DNA of 64,000 nucleotides from Vulcanimicrobiota bacterium (GCA_963733295.1 CAVTCS010000003.1:768001-832000); one strand, 5' to 3'; counted from the stretch's first letter, positions 10,508 to 19,964 are shown. The notes: generated by a model from the sequence alone, not told the origin. A program made the numbers and translations.

Positions 10508-10645
10508 TCACATCGCCTTCAACCACAGCGATTTGAGATATGCGACGAGATCGTCCTGATTCGACGGCGTCAGGTTGAGGTGGAAAAACGTGTTGTAGTG
10601 CGTGACGACGTCGTTGAGGGTGGCGAACCGGCCGTCATGATAGAA
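10508..10645 (-). pseudogene. 3' remnant of a cytochrome c peroxidase/MauG-like cytochrome c gene
   Basis: FYHDGRFATLNDVVTHYN...L.LT.....DLVAYLKSL is the typical C-terminus of this family; no CxxCH motif and no real N-terminus left. Confidence 0.75.
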
Positions 10646-10679
10646 CGAGCATGACGGTCGGTTCCTGAAGAAATCATCA

Positions 10680-10729
10680 ATAGTAGTCTTTGGCGAAACT
10701 ACTATAGCTCGTTCGTTCCGAGAGAGCAA
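10680..10729 (-). promoter_or_regulatory. sigma70 promoter TTGCTC-N17-TATAGT overlapped by inverted repeat ATAGTAGT-N10-ACTACTAT
   Basis: -35 at 10724-10729, -10 at 10701-10706, IR arms 10680-10687 and 10698-10705. Confidence 0.75.
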
Positions 10730-10772
10730 GTCCCTGGCGTCGAGATCGAGGGCGCGATTCGCGTTTCGGGCT

Positions 10773-11639
10773 TCACTTGCGTGGCTTCGGTTTCGCGGGG
10801 GGCGCGTTCTGCAGCAGCGCTTTGAGGTTATCGAGAAAACCGATCCCGCCGGCCGGTCCGAGGGTGCTCAGCACGCGCCGGCTAGCGGGTTTGAGCCTGC
10901 TCTCGAGCGAGTTGCCGAGGTCTTCCACCACCGTAGCCAGCGCGATGGCGTTGCGAATGTAAGCGCCGGTCAGCTCGGCGATGAGTTTCTGTCGCGTCTC
11001 GATGGCCGTGGCTTCGCCGCCCGTAATCTCGGAGGCGACGACGCGGCTCGCATCGGCCACGACGAGCAGCCAGTGTGCAGCTTCGAGATCGGCAACGCGG
11101 TAGCGGTACAAGCGTCCGCGGCACGCTCCGCATTCCATCTTACACGCCGACATGCACAGTGTCGTAATGTCGACGCCGCGCTGCTCGGCCTTCTCAATGA
11201 CATCTGCGAGCGCTAGCGCTTCGGAAGGATGGACGGCCAGCAACAGCTGATCTTTGCCGGCCGCGATCGCGTCGCCCGCGTGCTTGAGCGCGGTCTCAGA
11301 GCCGCGCATGTTGATGACGGTTTCGTCGCTCTGCGCCGATTTAAGTCCCGCGAGCGCCGAGGTCGCACGCTCGAAAGCAAGCTCGTGTTCTCGCCGCAAC
11401 CGCTTGATGAATTCGTCTTGCGGGCGCGCTGAATAACGGGTGGCTTCGCCCTCGCGTACCGCTACGACGATGTGCCGGCGCTCGAGCCGTTCCAATGCCG
11501 GGTAAACGTTGGCGCGGGGCACGCCCGAGTGTTTGGCGACCTCGTATCCGTTGAGTGGACCGTGACGCGTCAGCGTAACGTAGGCCCGCGCTTCGTATTC
11601 CGAGAGACCAAGCGACACGAGCGCGGTTACCGGATCCAT
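10773..11639 (-). CDS. TrmB-family transcriptional regulator with CX3CX3CX2C cluster
   Basis: LGLSEYEARAYVTL, GYEVAKHSGVPRANVY.ALERL; CMSACKMECGAC; GAGGAGG SD. Confidence 0.92.
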   Translation of the reverse strand: MDPVTALVSLGLSEYEARAYVTLTRHGPLNGYEVAKHSGVPRANVYPALERLERRHIVVAVREGEATRYSARPQDEFIKRLRREHELAFERATSALAGLKSAQSDETVINMRGSETALKHAGDAIAAGKDQLLLAVHPSEALALADVIEKAEQRGVDITTLCMSACKMECGACRGRLYRYRVADLEAAHWLLVVADASRVVASEITGGEATAIETRQKLIAELTGAYIRNAIALATVVEDLGNSLESRLKPASRRVLSTLGPAGGIGFLDNLKALLQNAPPAKPKPRK

Positions 11640-11648
11640 GGGCCCTCC

Positions 11649-11698
11649 TCGTAGTTGCTACCGAGACTACGATACAGGAGGAAGGACGCGCGCGGCAA
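11649..11698 (-). promoter_or_regulatory. trmB promoter TTGCCG-N18-TATCGT overlapped by inverted repeat TCGTAGT-N10-ACTACGA
   Basis: -35 at 11693-11698, -10 at 11669-11674, IR arms 11649-11655 and 11666-11672. Confidence 0.7.
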
Positions 11699-11772
11699 GC
11701 CCGGTTACTCTACGTCCCTTGCCGGCCGCCGATGGCATGGTCGCAGCGCTTCGAAGCGAACGTTTTCGCTCC

Positions 11773-12282
11773 ATGCGCTCTCAGCGAGTTGTCGCAGTTC
11801 TGGCGATCGTTGCTTTAACGGCGCTTCCCGTTCGGGCAGCGGTTCACACGTTCGGCGTGACGCTGGCGACCGATGCGGCCTCCTACCTTCCGGGCGAGGA
11901 CATCGTCCTGACGTTCACGGCGAAGAACATTTCGCGCCAAACGATAATGCTCGCCGCCCGTCACCATCTCACGAGCACGATCGAGCTCGTCGTGAAGGAT
12001 GCGGAGGGAAAGAATATCGCACACGGAGCGTTGCCGAAGCTCACCGGCGACGACGATCTCGAGGGAAACCTCGGACCGCCCGACGCGACGATCGTGCGAC
12101 AAGCGCCGCTTTCGCTCTGGGGCTATCGCCTCGCGCCGGGCACGTATGCGATTTTCGGGACGTGGAAGATGGAGCCGTCGCTCGAACAAGTCAAATCGAC
12201 CGTCCTGCACGTGACGATAGCCGTCCCGGAAACGCCCGCGCCGCCGACCCCCCCGCCGGCGGACGTTCCGATGGGACCTTAA
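11773..12282 (+). CDS. Secreted Ig-like protein with Pro-rich tail
   Basis: Signal peptide, TD..SY.PGE.I.LTF..KN, LAPGTY pattern of beta-sandwich domains. Confidence 0.7.
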   Translation: MRSQRVVAVLAIVALTALPVRAAVHTFGVTLATDAASYLPGEDIVLTFTAKNISRQTIMLAARHHLTSTIELVVKDAEGKNIAHGALPKLTGDDDLEGNLGPPDATIVRQAPLSLWGYRLAPGTYAIFGTWKMEPSLEQVKSTVLHVTIAVPETPAPPTPPPADVPMGP

Positions 12283-12285
12283 CTT

Positions 12286-13155
12286 CTAATCGGGCAATCC
12301 CGAGATGAGAAAGAGCGTGACGATGACCGGCGCCGCGTTCTGCCCGAACGTCTTCGTGTAGATCGAGGTGATCTCACCCGAACGATAGATGTGGCTGAGC
12401 GCGGTGTCGACGGCGAGGCGGAAGTCTTCGTCGCCATGCGCCAGCGCCAGCGCGTACGGCTCGACGGTGAAGTATGCATCGGCGACCTGGAGTTTATCGG
12501 GCGAGTTGCTGTTCTTGATCAAACCCACGAGAATCGAGCGGTCGGCGAAGTAGGCGGCGATCTGAGAATTCAGCAACATCGCGACGCCCTGCGAGTGCGT
12601 CGTGACGGGAACGACGGTCGCCGCCATTCCCGCGGCTTGGAGCGAGTTGCGCAAGGCCTGTTCGGTGGTCGTGCCGGCGAGAACGCCTACCTTCTTGCCC
12701 GCGAGCGAGGACAGATCTTTCGTGGCGCTCGCGTCGGCGCTGCGCACCATCAGGCTCGCGCCGTCGATAAAGGTCGAGATGGAAAAGTCCAAAGCCGCAC
12801 GGCGGTCCAGAGTCGCGCTGGTCGGCTCGCAAAGAAGGTCCGCTTTGTGCTGCTCGATCGCCTCGAAGCGGTTGACCGAGGTAACGGGGACGTACACGAC
12901 CGTTAGCGGCAAGTGCAGCTGTTGTTCGAGTTTCCGAGCGACGGCTTTGCAAAGGTCGACCATGTAGCCGGCCGGCTCGCCCAAGTTATCCTTGTAAGAG
13001 AAAGGCGGCGCGTCCAAGCGGTACGCGATGCGCAGCGTCTTCGATTGCTTGATGCCGTCGAGCGTCCCCGCGGCGCCGGCGGGCGCGGCCGCGATGCCGG
13101 CAAGCATCAGGGCGCCTGCGAAAGTTGCGAGCAGCTTGCTTCCAAGGTGTCTCAT
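12286..13155 (-). CDS. Amino-acid ABC substrate-binding protein (family 3, GltI-like)
   Basis: Signal peptide, R.DAPPFSY, GY.VDLC, GTTTE, D.SIL, EPYALAL. Confidence 0.9.
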   Translation of the reverse strand: MRHLGSKLLATFAGALMLAGIAAAPAGAAGTLDGIKQSKTLRIAYRLDAPPFSYKDNLGEPAGYMVDLCKAVARKLEQQLHLPLTVVYVPVTSVNRFEAIEQHKADLLCEPTSATLDRRAALDFSISTFIDGASLMVRSADASATKDLSSLAGKKVGVLAGTTTEQALRNSLQAAGMAATVVPVTTHSQGVAMLLNSQIAAYFADRSILVGLIKNSNSPDKLQVADAYFTVEPYALALAHGDEDFRLAVDTALSHIYRSGEITSIYTKTFGQNAAPVIVTLFLISGLPD

Positions 13156-13271
13156 GAAATGGAGAGTCCCCCCGTGCGAAGGCACGAAAAATGCCGGACC
13201 CCTCTTGGCCGGAGCAGTTGGCCTTTCGCGCCCCCGCGCGGCAACACCCTGGCGGCGGGGCGCCTTCGCTT

Positions 13272-13739
13272 TCAGAGCGTCGTGCGAATGCGGTAGTCGC
13301 TTTCGATGAGTTCGCGAAAGTCCCGCAAGAGCGCGTTCAACGTCGCGTGAGCGATGCGGGCTCCGGCAACGACATCGAAGACCGCACCGGCAATTCCGCC
13401 CGGCGGAACGTACTCCCCCGCAATGGTCAGCGTGCAATGTTCGGGATCCGCTGCGGCCGCGTGGATAGTTCCGTCGAAGTTGGGAAACGGGCCGCGTCCT
13501 TCGGGGTTCCAGCGCAACTCGAGCCTCTCGCCGCGCCGGCCTTGGCTCGAATTGGGATAGAAGAGGCGCACCGCGACGTGCTTCTCCAGCGTCAAACCGT
13601 GCGCGATCCGTTCCAGAGGAAAGCGAAGTCGCGCATCGGCGGCAGCGCCCTTCGAGCGCTCGCGGAAGTAGTTATCCAGGAAGGACAGCGAGAAATCGCT
13701 CGGTGCAGCGACCTCGGTTGAAACCGTCAGCCGGCGCAT
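13272..13739 (-). CDS. Hypothetical protein, possibly SRPBCC/START-like
   Basis: W.P....FP.F.G, L...G.Y.PP.G..G..FD...G.RIA pattern. Confidence 0.7.
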   Translation of the reverse strand: MRRLTVSTEVAAPSDFSLSFLDNYFRERSKGAAADARLRFPLERIAHGLTLEKHVAVRLFYPNSSQGRRGERLELRWNPEGRGPFPNFDGTIHAAAADPEHCTLTIAGEYVPPGGIAGAVFDVVAGARIAHATLNALLRDFRELIESDYRIRTTL

Positions 13740-13792
13740 GGCCTCGAGATTCCCCCAGCGGCGGCAATCCCCATGCCGCCGCCGGTGATTTC

Positions 13793-14440
13793 CTAGCCCG
13801 GCGTAAACTTTCCGCGCCGGAGGTGGGCTTCGGCCGCCGCCACCACGGCATCGACGGTCAGGTGCGCGCGCGTGTCCTCGTTAAGCAGACGTTGCAAGAC
13901 GATTCCAGCTTGCGGGTCGCCCGTCACGAACAAGCGCGTCGCGGCGTCGCGCGGTACGATCTTGACGCCGTCGGGCAGACGGTCGACCGCGACGAGGTCG
14001 ACCAGCGCAACCTCGGTGGCGCCGTGAAAGCCGACGAAGAGAATGCGCTCGTCGGAAAGGTAGAGCGTCCCTTTGTCCTCCACGTCCACAGCCGCGCGCG
14101 CAACGCGGCCGGCGCGTCGCGGCCAGCGTACGTCGCGCAGTTGCGCGACGCTGAATTCGACGACGCGGCGCGAGCGTTTGGCGCGCGGTCTGATTGCAAC
14201 GGAAAGCGCCGGCTGTTCCCAGTAGAACGTTTCGTCGGCAGAACGAACGATCGAATTGGGCACGACGGGAAGTAGTTCGCGCGCTTCGGTTTCGGCAATG
14301 ATGCGATCGATCGAACTTTCGAGGGTCGGCGCTTGGCGCTCGACCGAGGATCGCAAGAGCGCGGTGTAAACGACGATGCACGCGAGAACGGACGCGGTTA
14401 TCATGCAGATGAGAAGCACCAGGGCAGAGCTCTCGGCCAA
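13793..14440 (-). CDS. Membrane-anchored protein with PH/GRAM-like domain
   Basis: AAGGAGG SD, N-terminal TM, D.GTLYLSDERILFVG. Confidence 0.7.
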   Translation of the reverse strand: MAESSALVLLICMITASVLACIVVYTALLRSSVERQAPTLESSIDRIIAETEARELLPVVPNSIVRSADETFYWEQPALSVAIRPRAKRSRRVVEFSVAQLRDVRWPRRAGRVARAAVDVEDKGTLYLSDERILFVGFHGATEVALVDLVAVDRLPDGVKIVPRDAATRLFVTGDPQAGIVLQRLLNEDTRAHLTVDAVVAAAEAHLRRGKFTPG

Positions 14441-14533
14441 CGCCGTAATCCTCCTTGGGATGAAGGCTAGAGGGGTTATCGGCCGGGTCGGGGCGGCATT
14501 CTACTTGCTCGCTCGACGCTTAGGAGCAGCAGA

Positions 14534-16036
14534 TTGATCCTCGCTCAGGTGGCCGTCCCAGTCACATCCTCGCCTGCCTTCGACCGGGCCGAAATCCAGG
14601 TCGTTCCGGGCGCGACGCTGACGGTGCGCATTATCGGCGGCACGCCGCCTTTTGTGATCGTGCCGTCGTCCTCGAACTACGACGTCGACTTCGATGCCGC
14701 AAGGGCGGTGCTCTTGGTTACCGGCCGGTCGAACGGTCGTGGGAGTATTTCAGTCGTCGACGGCAGCGGCGCGACTGCAAGCATCCCTGTGCTCGTGGCT
14801 CCGCCGGCGGGCGTCGTGCCGGACGAGTTGCGGCTGACGCTCGCCGGGAGCGCGATCGCGCCGGATTTCGCTGCCACACAGATCGCAGCCGGGCTTTCGC
14901 GCGCCGCTCACTTGCAGGCCGGGGCGACCCTCACCAGCGCCCCTGTGTCTCCCGCATCGCTCCGGCCCGGGGATCATCTCGACCTCCGAGTTCCGGTCGA
15001 ATTGCACGGAAACGGCACCTTCGTCGATGTGGATGGAACCACAACCGTCCACCTTGGCGTCGTAGCGCTGCCACCGCTCGAACCCGGCGAGCTGATGTAC
15101 AGCGACGATCCGGAAAATCTGCCGGCGAGTGCCGACGGCGTTCTTTTCCGCGACACGTTGTTCGTGGGAGAAGCGACGCGTCTCTATCTCTACCATGCCT
15201 CGCTGGTTCCGGGACGGCACGTTACGCTCGCGCTGCGCGCCGCTTCGGCTTCGACGCGCGTCCAGATTCTGGGCGCTACCGCCGGACCGTCCAACGACTA
15301 TCTGGCAACGGGTCACGCCGCGAGTGTGCAATATCTGCGCGCCCGGCGCGCGCAGAACAGTCTGGTCGTCGGCATCGATCCCGGTCAAGCGTTCTTGCTG
15401 CCGCTTTCCAGTCGCCCGCTCGAGTCCGACGATTTGGTCGCCGGCGTGTTCGATCTGCGCGTGCTTTCCGGCGGTCCGCTTGCGGTGCTGTGCATCGCGA
15501 CCACGGGATCGACCGATCCCTCGACGCTGCTCGATGCGCCGCGCGTTGCGGGCGATGGGCATCTCCGGAGCGGAACGTTCGGGCTCGATGCCGCGCCTCT
15601 CGGTCTCGCGCTGCGCGTAGGGGAGCCGGAGCCCGCGCCGATTTCGGTGGGGATGCCGGTGGTAACTGCGCTGCGCGCTCCGCGCGCGCTCGCCGGAGGT
15701 TACGGAATCGTTCAGCGCCTAACAATCACGCTCGAGAACCCGACCGCTGCCGCTTCGGACGTCTATCTCTACGAAGTCCCCAGCGGGAATGCGGTCACGA
15801 CGACGCTCTTTTTCGACGACGACCCGGCTCCGCTCGAAGTACCATGCGTCAAGACGGCCGGAGTCCGCTACCTGATCCGCAAGTTCTCGCTGCAAGCCGG
15901 CGCACGGGTTCAGACGGGCGCCGACTACATGACTGACGGCGCCTCCTCGTATCCCATTGAGTTCGGATTGAGTACGGTCCCGCCGCAAGCACCCGACGGC
16001 TGCCCGGCGACGCCGGAGGGCGCGCCCTCAGCGTGA
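14534..16036 (+). CDS. Hypothetical exported protein (beta-rich)
   Basis: 500-aa ORF with AGGAG SD; conserved-looking LMYSDDPE, RLYLYH, G.YG, GASSYP motifs. Confidence 0.7.
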   Translation: MILAQVAVPVTSSPAFDRAEIQVVPGATLTVRIIGGTPPFVIVPSSSNYDVDFDAARAVLLVTGRSNGRGSISVVDGSGATASIPVLVAPPAGVVPDELRLTLAGSAIAPDFAATQIAAGLSRAAHLQAGATLTSAPVSPASLRPGDHLDLRVPVELHGNGTFVDVDGTTTVHLGVVALPPLEPGELMYSDDPENLPASADGVLFRDTLFVGEATRLYLYHASLVPGRHVTLALRAASASTRVQILGATAGPSNDYLATGHAASVQYLRARRAQNSLVVGIDPGQAFLLPLSSRPLESDDLVAGVFDLRVLSGGPLAVLCIATTGSTDPSTLLDAPRVAGDGHLRSGTFGLDAAPLGLALRVGEPEPAPISVGMPVVTALRAPRALAGGYGIVQRLTITLENPTAAASDVYLYEVPSGNAVTTTLFFDDDPAPLEVPCVKTAGVRYLIRKFSLQAGARVQTGADYMTDGASSYPIEFGLSTVPPQAPDGCPATPEGAPSA

Positions 16037-17539
16037 GTGCGACGGTACCGAGCTCACCGCCGTATCGCCGCCACGCGGCACGAGCTCGACGCGAGCGTGC
16101 CCGTAGTCGAACGTCGCGATGAAATGTGCCAGGAAGCCGCTGCCGAGGTGCCCGTCGCCCGTCGCGACGAGCCCCTTGATCGCGCCGATCTTTTGCCGCG
16201 TGACCTCGAATCCGACGAGCGTCACGCTCGGAATCGTACCCACGAGCTCCGTACTGTTGCCGCCGATTCCCGCGATCGGCACGGTTGAGGTCGGTGAGAA
16301 AAGCGAAGTGTTTCGCGCGTAGAAATCGCCGCTGAGGTCGACGCTGGCATCGTCTCCGGTATCGAGCGCGAGCGCGGCTGGGGTGGCGCCGAGCCAAACG
16401 TGCGCGACCGGAACGAAGTCCTCGAAGTCGAGTTGCACCGCATTCGGCGGCGCGGGCTCGTCGCTTTCCGGGGAGAAGCGAACTTCTTGTTTCGCGTAGT
16501 CGATCGCGACGCGCACGTGCGCGAACACGTCCGCGCCGAGCACCAAGTCGTAGCCGTACTGATGGATGTCGTGCAGCACCGCGAATTTTGCCGGCGGAAA
16601 AGCGACCGAGCCGATTGCGAAGCCCGGACCCGGTGCGAGACCCGTGGCGTATTGTCCGACCCCGCGAACGGAAAGTGCGGCGCCTATGGGTTCGACGCCG
16701 AGCTCTTCGGCGAGTTCCAAACTCATCGCAAGGTTCGAGTCACCGGTGTCGAGCAAGGCTGTCACCGTGTGGCCGCCGATCGTGCACGCAACGACCGGCA
16801 GAACCGTGCCTCGGCCGGTCGGCAACATCTTGACGACACCTTCTTGCCCTCCGAAAGAGGGAACGAGTCCCGCCGGCACGGCAAGCGGTTCGGGCACGAT
16901 AGTCCAGTTGGAGAAGCGCTGAGTCCGGCCGTTCCGCCCGTCCCAGACGATCGCGCTCGGCAACGCCGGGAGAGCGTCGCCGTCCGCCGGATACGCGAAC
17001 GTCAAATGGTGTCGCGGATCCACCACGGCGGCGACGAGATACGTCTGCGCATCGATCGCGACGTCCACGGGAGAGCCGGAGGGCACGCCGATGCGCAGCC
17101 TCACATACCTTTTCCCACCAATGTGGATGGGATCGAGCAGCGCGACGCTGCCGCCCAGCGCTCGGAACTTCGGGTCGGCGAATTCCTCGAGCAGAACCGC
17201 CTGCAGCGACGCATCGAACGCGGAAGCCGATGCACCGGTGGGGAGCGCGGTTTCGTTGCTGTCCGTCTCGAAGGTTTGGTTCCCATCGAAGAACATGCCG
17301 CGGCAAGCGAGCCCTTCGCAGTGCTGCAAGAAGCGACGCGGACCTTCGAGCTCCAATTCGCGTTCCTGCGGGACTCCGTCCACCATCTCGCTGAGGGTCG
17401 AGCGCAAATGGTATGTATACGGCGTGCCGCCGGAAACGCGTACGGCAGCGAGGAGATTGTCCAGGGACGACTCGGCGCGCGACTGCGCGAACGACGCGAG
17501 TCCGAGGCAGACGCCGGCGACGACGGCGGCGAAGCGCAT
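16028..17539 (-). CDS. Secreted two-domain retropepsin-like aspartyl protease
   Basis: Signal peptide; LLDTG and ALDTG catalytic motifs, each followed by a LG..F....(I/F)DY flap. Confidence 0.9.
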   Translation of the reverse strand: MRFAAVVAGVCLGLASFAQSRAESSLDNLLAAVRVSGGTPYTYHLRSTLSEMVDGVPQERELELEGPRRFLQHCEGLACRGMFFDGNQTFETDSNETALPTGASASAFDASLQAVLLEEFADPKFRALGGSVALLDPIHIGGKRYVRLRIGVPSGSPVDVAIDAQTYLVAAVVDPRHHLTFAYPADGDALPALPSAIVWDGRNGRTQRFSNWTIVPEPLAVPAGLVPSFGGQEGVVKMLPTGRGTVLPVVACTIGGHTVTALLDTGDSNLAMSLELAEELGVEPIGAALSVRGVGQYATGLAPGPGFAIGSVAFPPAKFAVLHDIHQYGYDLVLGADVFAHVRVAIDYAKQEVRFSPESDEPAPPNAVQLDFEDFVPVAHVWLGATPAALALDTGDDASVDLSGDFYARNTSLFSPTSTVPIAGIGGNSTELVGTIPSVTLVGFEVTRQKIGAIKGLVATGDGHLGSGFLAHFIATFDYGHARVELVPRGGDTAVSSVPSHSR

Positions 17540-17543
17540 AGAT

Positions 17544-17966
17544 GTGGGCTTCGAAGTCGTCGACGGCTATCTTCTCGGCGAACCCGTTTCGAAACCGGAC
17601 GCGCTGGCTGCGTTGCTCGCCGAGCGTTCGCTCGACTTGGCCGCCGCGCCACTCTACCGTGGCCTGGAAGCCGTCGGTCCCCGGGCGGCCGACGAGGCCT
17701 TCATAGCGCTGCGCTTGGTCCTGGCCGGCCGGACGCTTTCGGACGAACGCGTGCGCCGCGTGCGCGCGCTCTCGGCGCTCGCGCGCGCCTGTGCGAACGG
17801 GGACGCGGGCGGCGTGGTCCGGGCATTCAAGCGTGACGGCGAGGTCCTGGGCGATCTCGACGGCTTGCGCAAGGCGCCGCCGAGCGAACTCGGTGCCGCG
17901 GCGCGAGCGGCTTTCGTGCGCGAACTCACACCCGAAGCACCGGTCCGGGAGTCCTCCGGCGAGTAA
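17544..17966 (+). CDS. Hypothetical helical protein
   Basis: Fills the gap with host-like codon usage; start uncertain. Confidence 0.5.
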   Translation: MGFEVVDGYLLGEPVSKPDALAALLAERSLDLAAAPLYRGLEAVGPRAADEAFIALRLVLAGRTLSDERVRRVRALSALARACANGDAGGVVRAFKRDGEVLGDLDGLRKAPPSELGAAARAAFVRELTPEAPVRESSGE

Positions 17967-17986
17967 TTCTTCCTTTGCTTTGCAGG

Positions 17987-18013
17987 GGAACGGTTCGTTC
18001 GAGGAACTACGTT
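17987..18013 (+). promoter_or_regulatory. Possible ECF-sigma promoter GGAAC-N18-CGTT
   Basis: Resembles the actinobacterial SigE/SigH/SigR consensus; 11 nt upstream of ATG 18025. Confidence 0.4.
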
Positions 18014-18024
18014 ACGCTAAGGCC

Positions 18025-18423
18025 ATGTCGCGGTTTTCAGTTGCGCTCCCCACGCTTCTCATAGCGTCGGTCTCATTTGGTGTTTCGCTCGCATCCGCTG
18101 CGCCGCGTGCGCAATTCGCGCGCGTCCAACTGCAGACGACCACAAAAACTCCCGATCCCGACGAGAGCCAGAGCCCCGGCGTCAAGTCGCGTAACGCCGG
18201 CGTGATCGAAGGAGTCGTCTTCGCCGTCGACTACCGCGCAGGCATGATCTCGGTGCAGATGCCGACTCGGCGGCTGGACGTCGTCGTGCTTCCGAGCACG
18301 ACGATCCAAAGTTCGACGAACGCCTTCCATACGATCGCCGACATCGTGAAAGGTCAGCGCGTTCAAGTCTTTATGAGCCAGCGCGGCAACAGCTACATCG
18401 CCGAGATCATCCACCTGCGCTGA
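18025..18423 (+). CDS. Secreted OB-fold protein (DUF5666-like)
   Basis: Signal peptide; IEG.V..VD, T.I......IADI.KGQRV.V, A..I. Confidence 0.7.
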   Translation: MSRFSVALPTLLIASVSFGVSLASAAPRAQFARVQLQTTTKTPDPDESQSPGVKSRNAGVIEGVVFAVDYRAGMISVQMPTRRLDVVVLPSTTIQSSTNAFHTIADIVKGQRVQVFMSQRGNSYIAEIIHLR

Positions 18424-19964
18424 AAGCGGAAACGGAACTCTCGCGACTCGTTTCCGGCATCGTATGCGCCGGATTTCCCGGTAACGAACCGGATGCCTCG
18501 ACGTTGGCGGAACTGGCCGAACTCGCCCCGGCCGGCGTGGTGCTCTTCAGCCGTAACGTCGGTTCCCCCGAAGAGACGCGCGCGCTCGTTACGGCGGTGC
18601 GCGCGGCGAGCGGCAGCCACACCTTCGTCGCGCTCGATCAGGAAGGCGGCCGGGTCGCGCGCTTACAGAGAGGTTTCACGCCGATCCCCTCGATGATGGC
18701 AGTCGGCGCTTGTAACGATCCGGTTCTGGCGGAACGAGTTGGCGCCGCGCTTGCCGTCGACCTCGCCCGCGCCGGCGCCGACGTGGACTTTGCGCCGGTG
18801 CTCGATCTTGCGCTCGAGCCCGCGAACACGGTCATCGGAACGCGCGCGTTCGGCGACGACCCGCTCCGCGCGAGCGTTCTCGGCGCCGCGCTCGTGCGCG
18901 GTTTGCAGAACGGCGGCGCGGCCGCGACGCTCAAGCACTTTCCCGGACACGGCGCGACGACGCTCGACTCCCATCGTGCGCTACCGCACCTCGACGCGGA
19001 CGCGGCGACGTTGCGAGCGCGCGAGCTCGTCCCGTTCGGCGCCGGAATCGCCGCAGGTGCGAAGGCGGTGATGTCGGCCCACGTCGTGGTGGAGGGCCTG
19101 GATCCCGAAGCGCCGGCGACGCTCTCGCAGCTCGTCTTGAACGGCGTGCTACGCGATGAACTCGGATTCCGGGGTGTGTGTTTCACCGATGCGATCGAGA
19201 TGAAAGCGATCGCCGCCTCGGTCGGAAGCGCCCGCGCCGCCGTGCTTGCCGTACTGGCGGGGGCTGATTGCGTTCTCGCTTCCGAAGGTCTCGAAGTCGC
19301 GCGGGCCGTTCGCGGCGCGTTGCTTGCGGCTGCGGAAAGCGGAGAGCTGCCGTTCGCGCGCCTACGCGAAGCGGCGACGCGCGTCGCGCGTCTGCGGGAC
19401 GGTTTGCCTCGTATGACGGCGCTCGCGGAGCCCGCGGCGCACGACGATATCGGAATGCAAATCGCGCGGCGCGCAATCACCGCGCTGCACGGCGAGACGC
19501 GGCTCGATCCGGCACGGCCCGTGTCGATCGTCTCGTTCGAAGGCGAGCACTTCGACGGCGCCGCGGATGCGGGCGGCGAGCGCGTTTCGCTCAACCTTGC
19601 GTTGCGACGGCGTCGCTTGCGCAGCGAGTCGTTGCGCGTCCCCCTCGACCCCGAGCCCGAGATGGTGACGCATCTGCTCGAGCTGCTCCGCGCGCAGAAC
19701 CACCAACTCGTGCTGACCATGCGCCGCGCGCACTTGCATCCGGGGCAACGCTGGGCCGTCGAAGCGCTGATCGGGGCCGTACCGGAAGCAATAGCCGTTT
19801 CGGCGCTGGAGCCGTTCGATGCGCCGCTCGCCGCGCGTGCCGGCGCGCTACTCTGCACTTACGGCGATGACGAGTGTGCGATCGAGGCCTTGGCCGACAT
19901 CCTGACCGGCCGCGTGGAACCGGCCGGAACGTTGCCGGTCCGTCTCGCGCGCTCCGCGTCGTGA
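18420..19964 (+). CDS. nagZ: Beta-N-acetylhexosaminidase, GH3
   Basis: GVVLF.RN, DQEGGRV.R, FAPV.D, KHFPGHG...DSH, TDAIEM; conserved N-terminal AGFPG lies upstream of the first TTG (18504), CTG 18420 proposed as start. Confidence 0.92.
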   Translation: MKAETELSRLVSGIVCAGFPGNEPDASTLAELAELAPAGVVLFSRNVGSPEETRALVTAVRAASGSHTFVALDQEGGRVARLQRGFTPIPSMMAVGACNDPVLAERVGAALAVDLARAGADVDFAPVLDLALEPANTVIGTRAFGDDPLRASVLGAALVRGLQNGGAAATLKHFPGHGATTLDSHRALPHLDADAATLRARELVPFGAGIAAGAKAVMSAHVVVEGLDPEAPATLSQLVLNGVLRDELGFRGVCFTDAIEMKAIAASVGSARAAVLAVLAGADCVLASEGLEVARAVRGALLAAAESGELPFARLREAATRVARLRDGLPRMTALAEPAAHDDIGMQIARRAITALHGETRLDPARPVSIVSFEGEHFDGAADAGGERVSLNLALRRRRLRSESLRVPLDPEPEMVTHLLELLRAQNHQLVLTMRRAHLHPGQRWAVEALIGAVPEAIAVSALEPFDAPLAARAGALLCTYGDDECAIEALADILTGRVEPAGTLPVRLARSAS

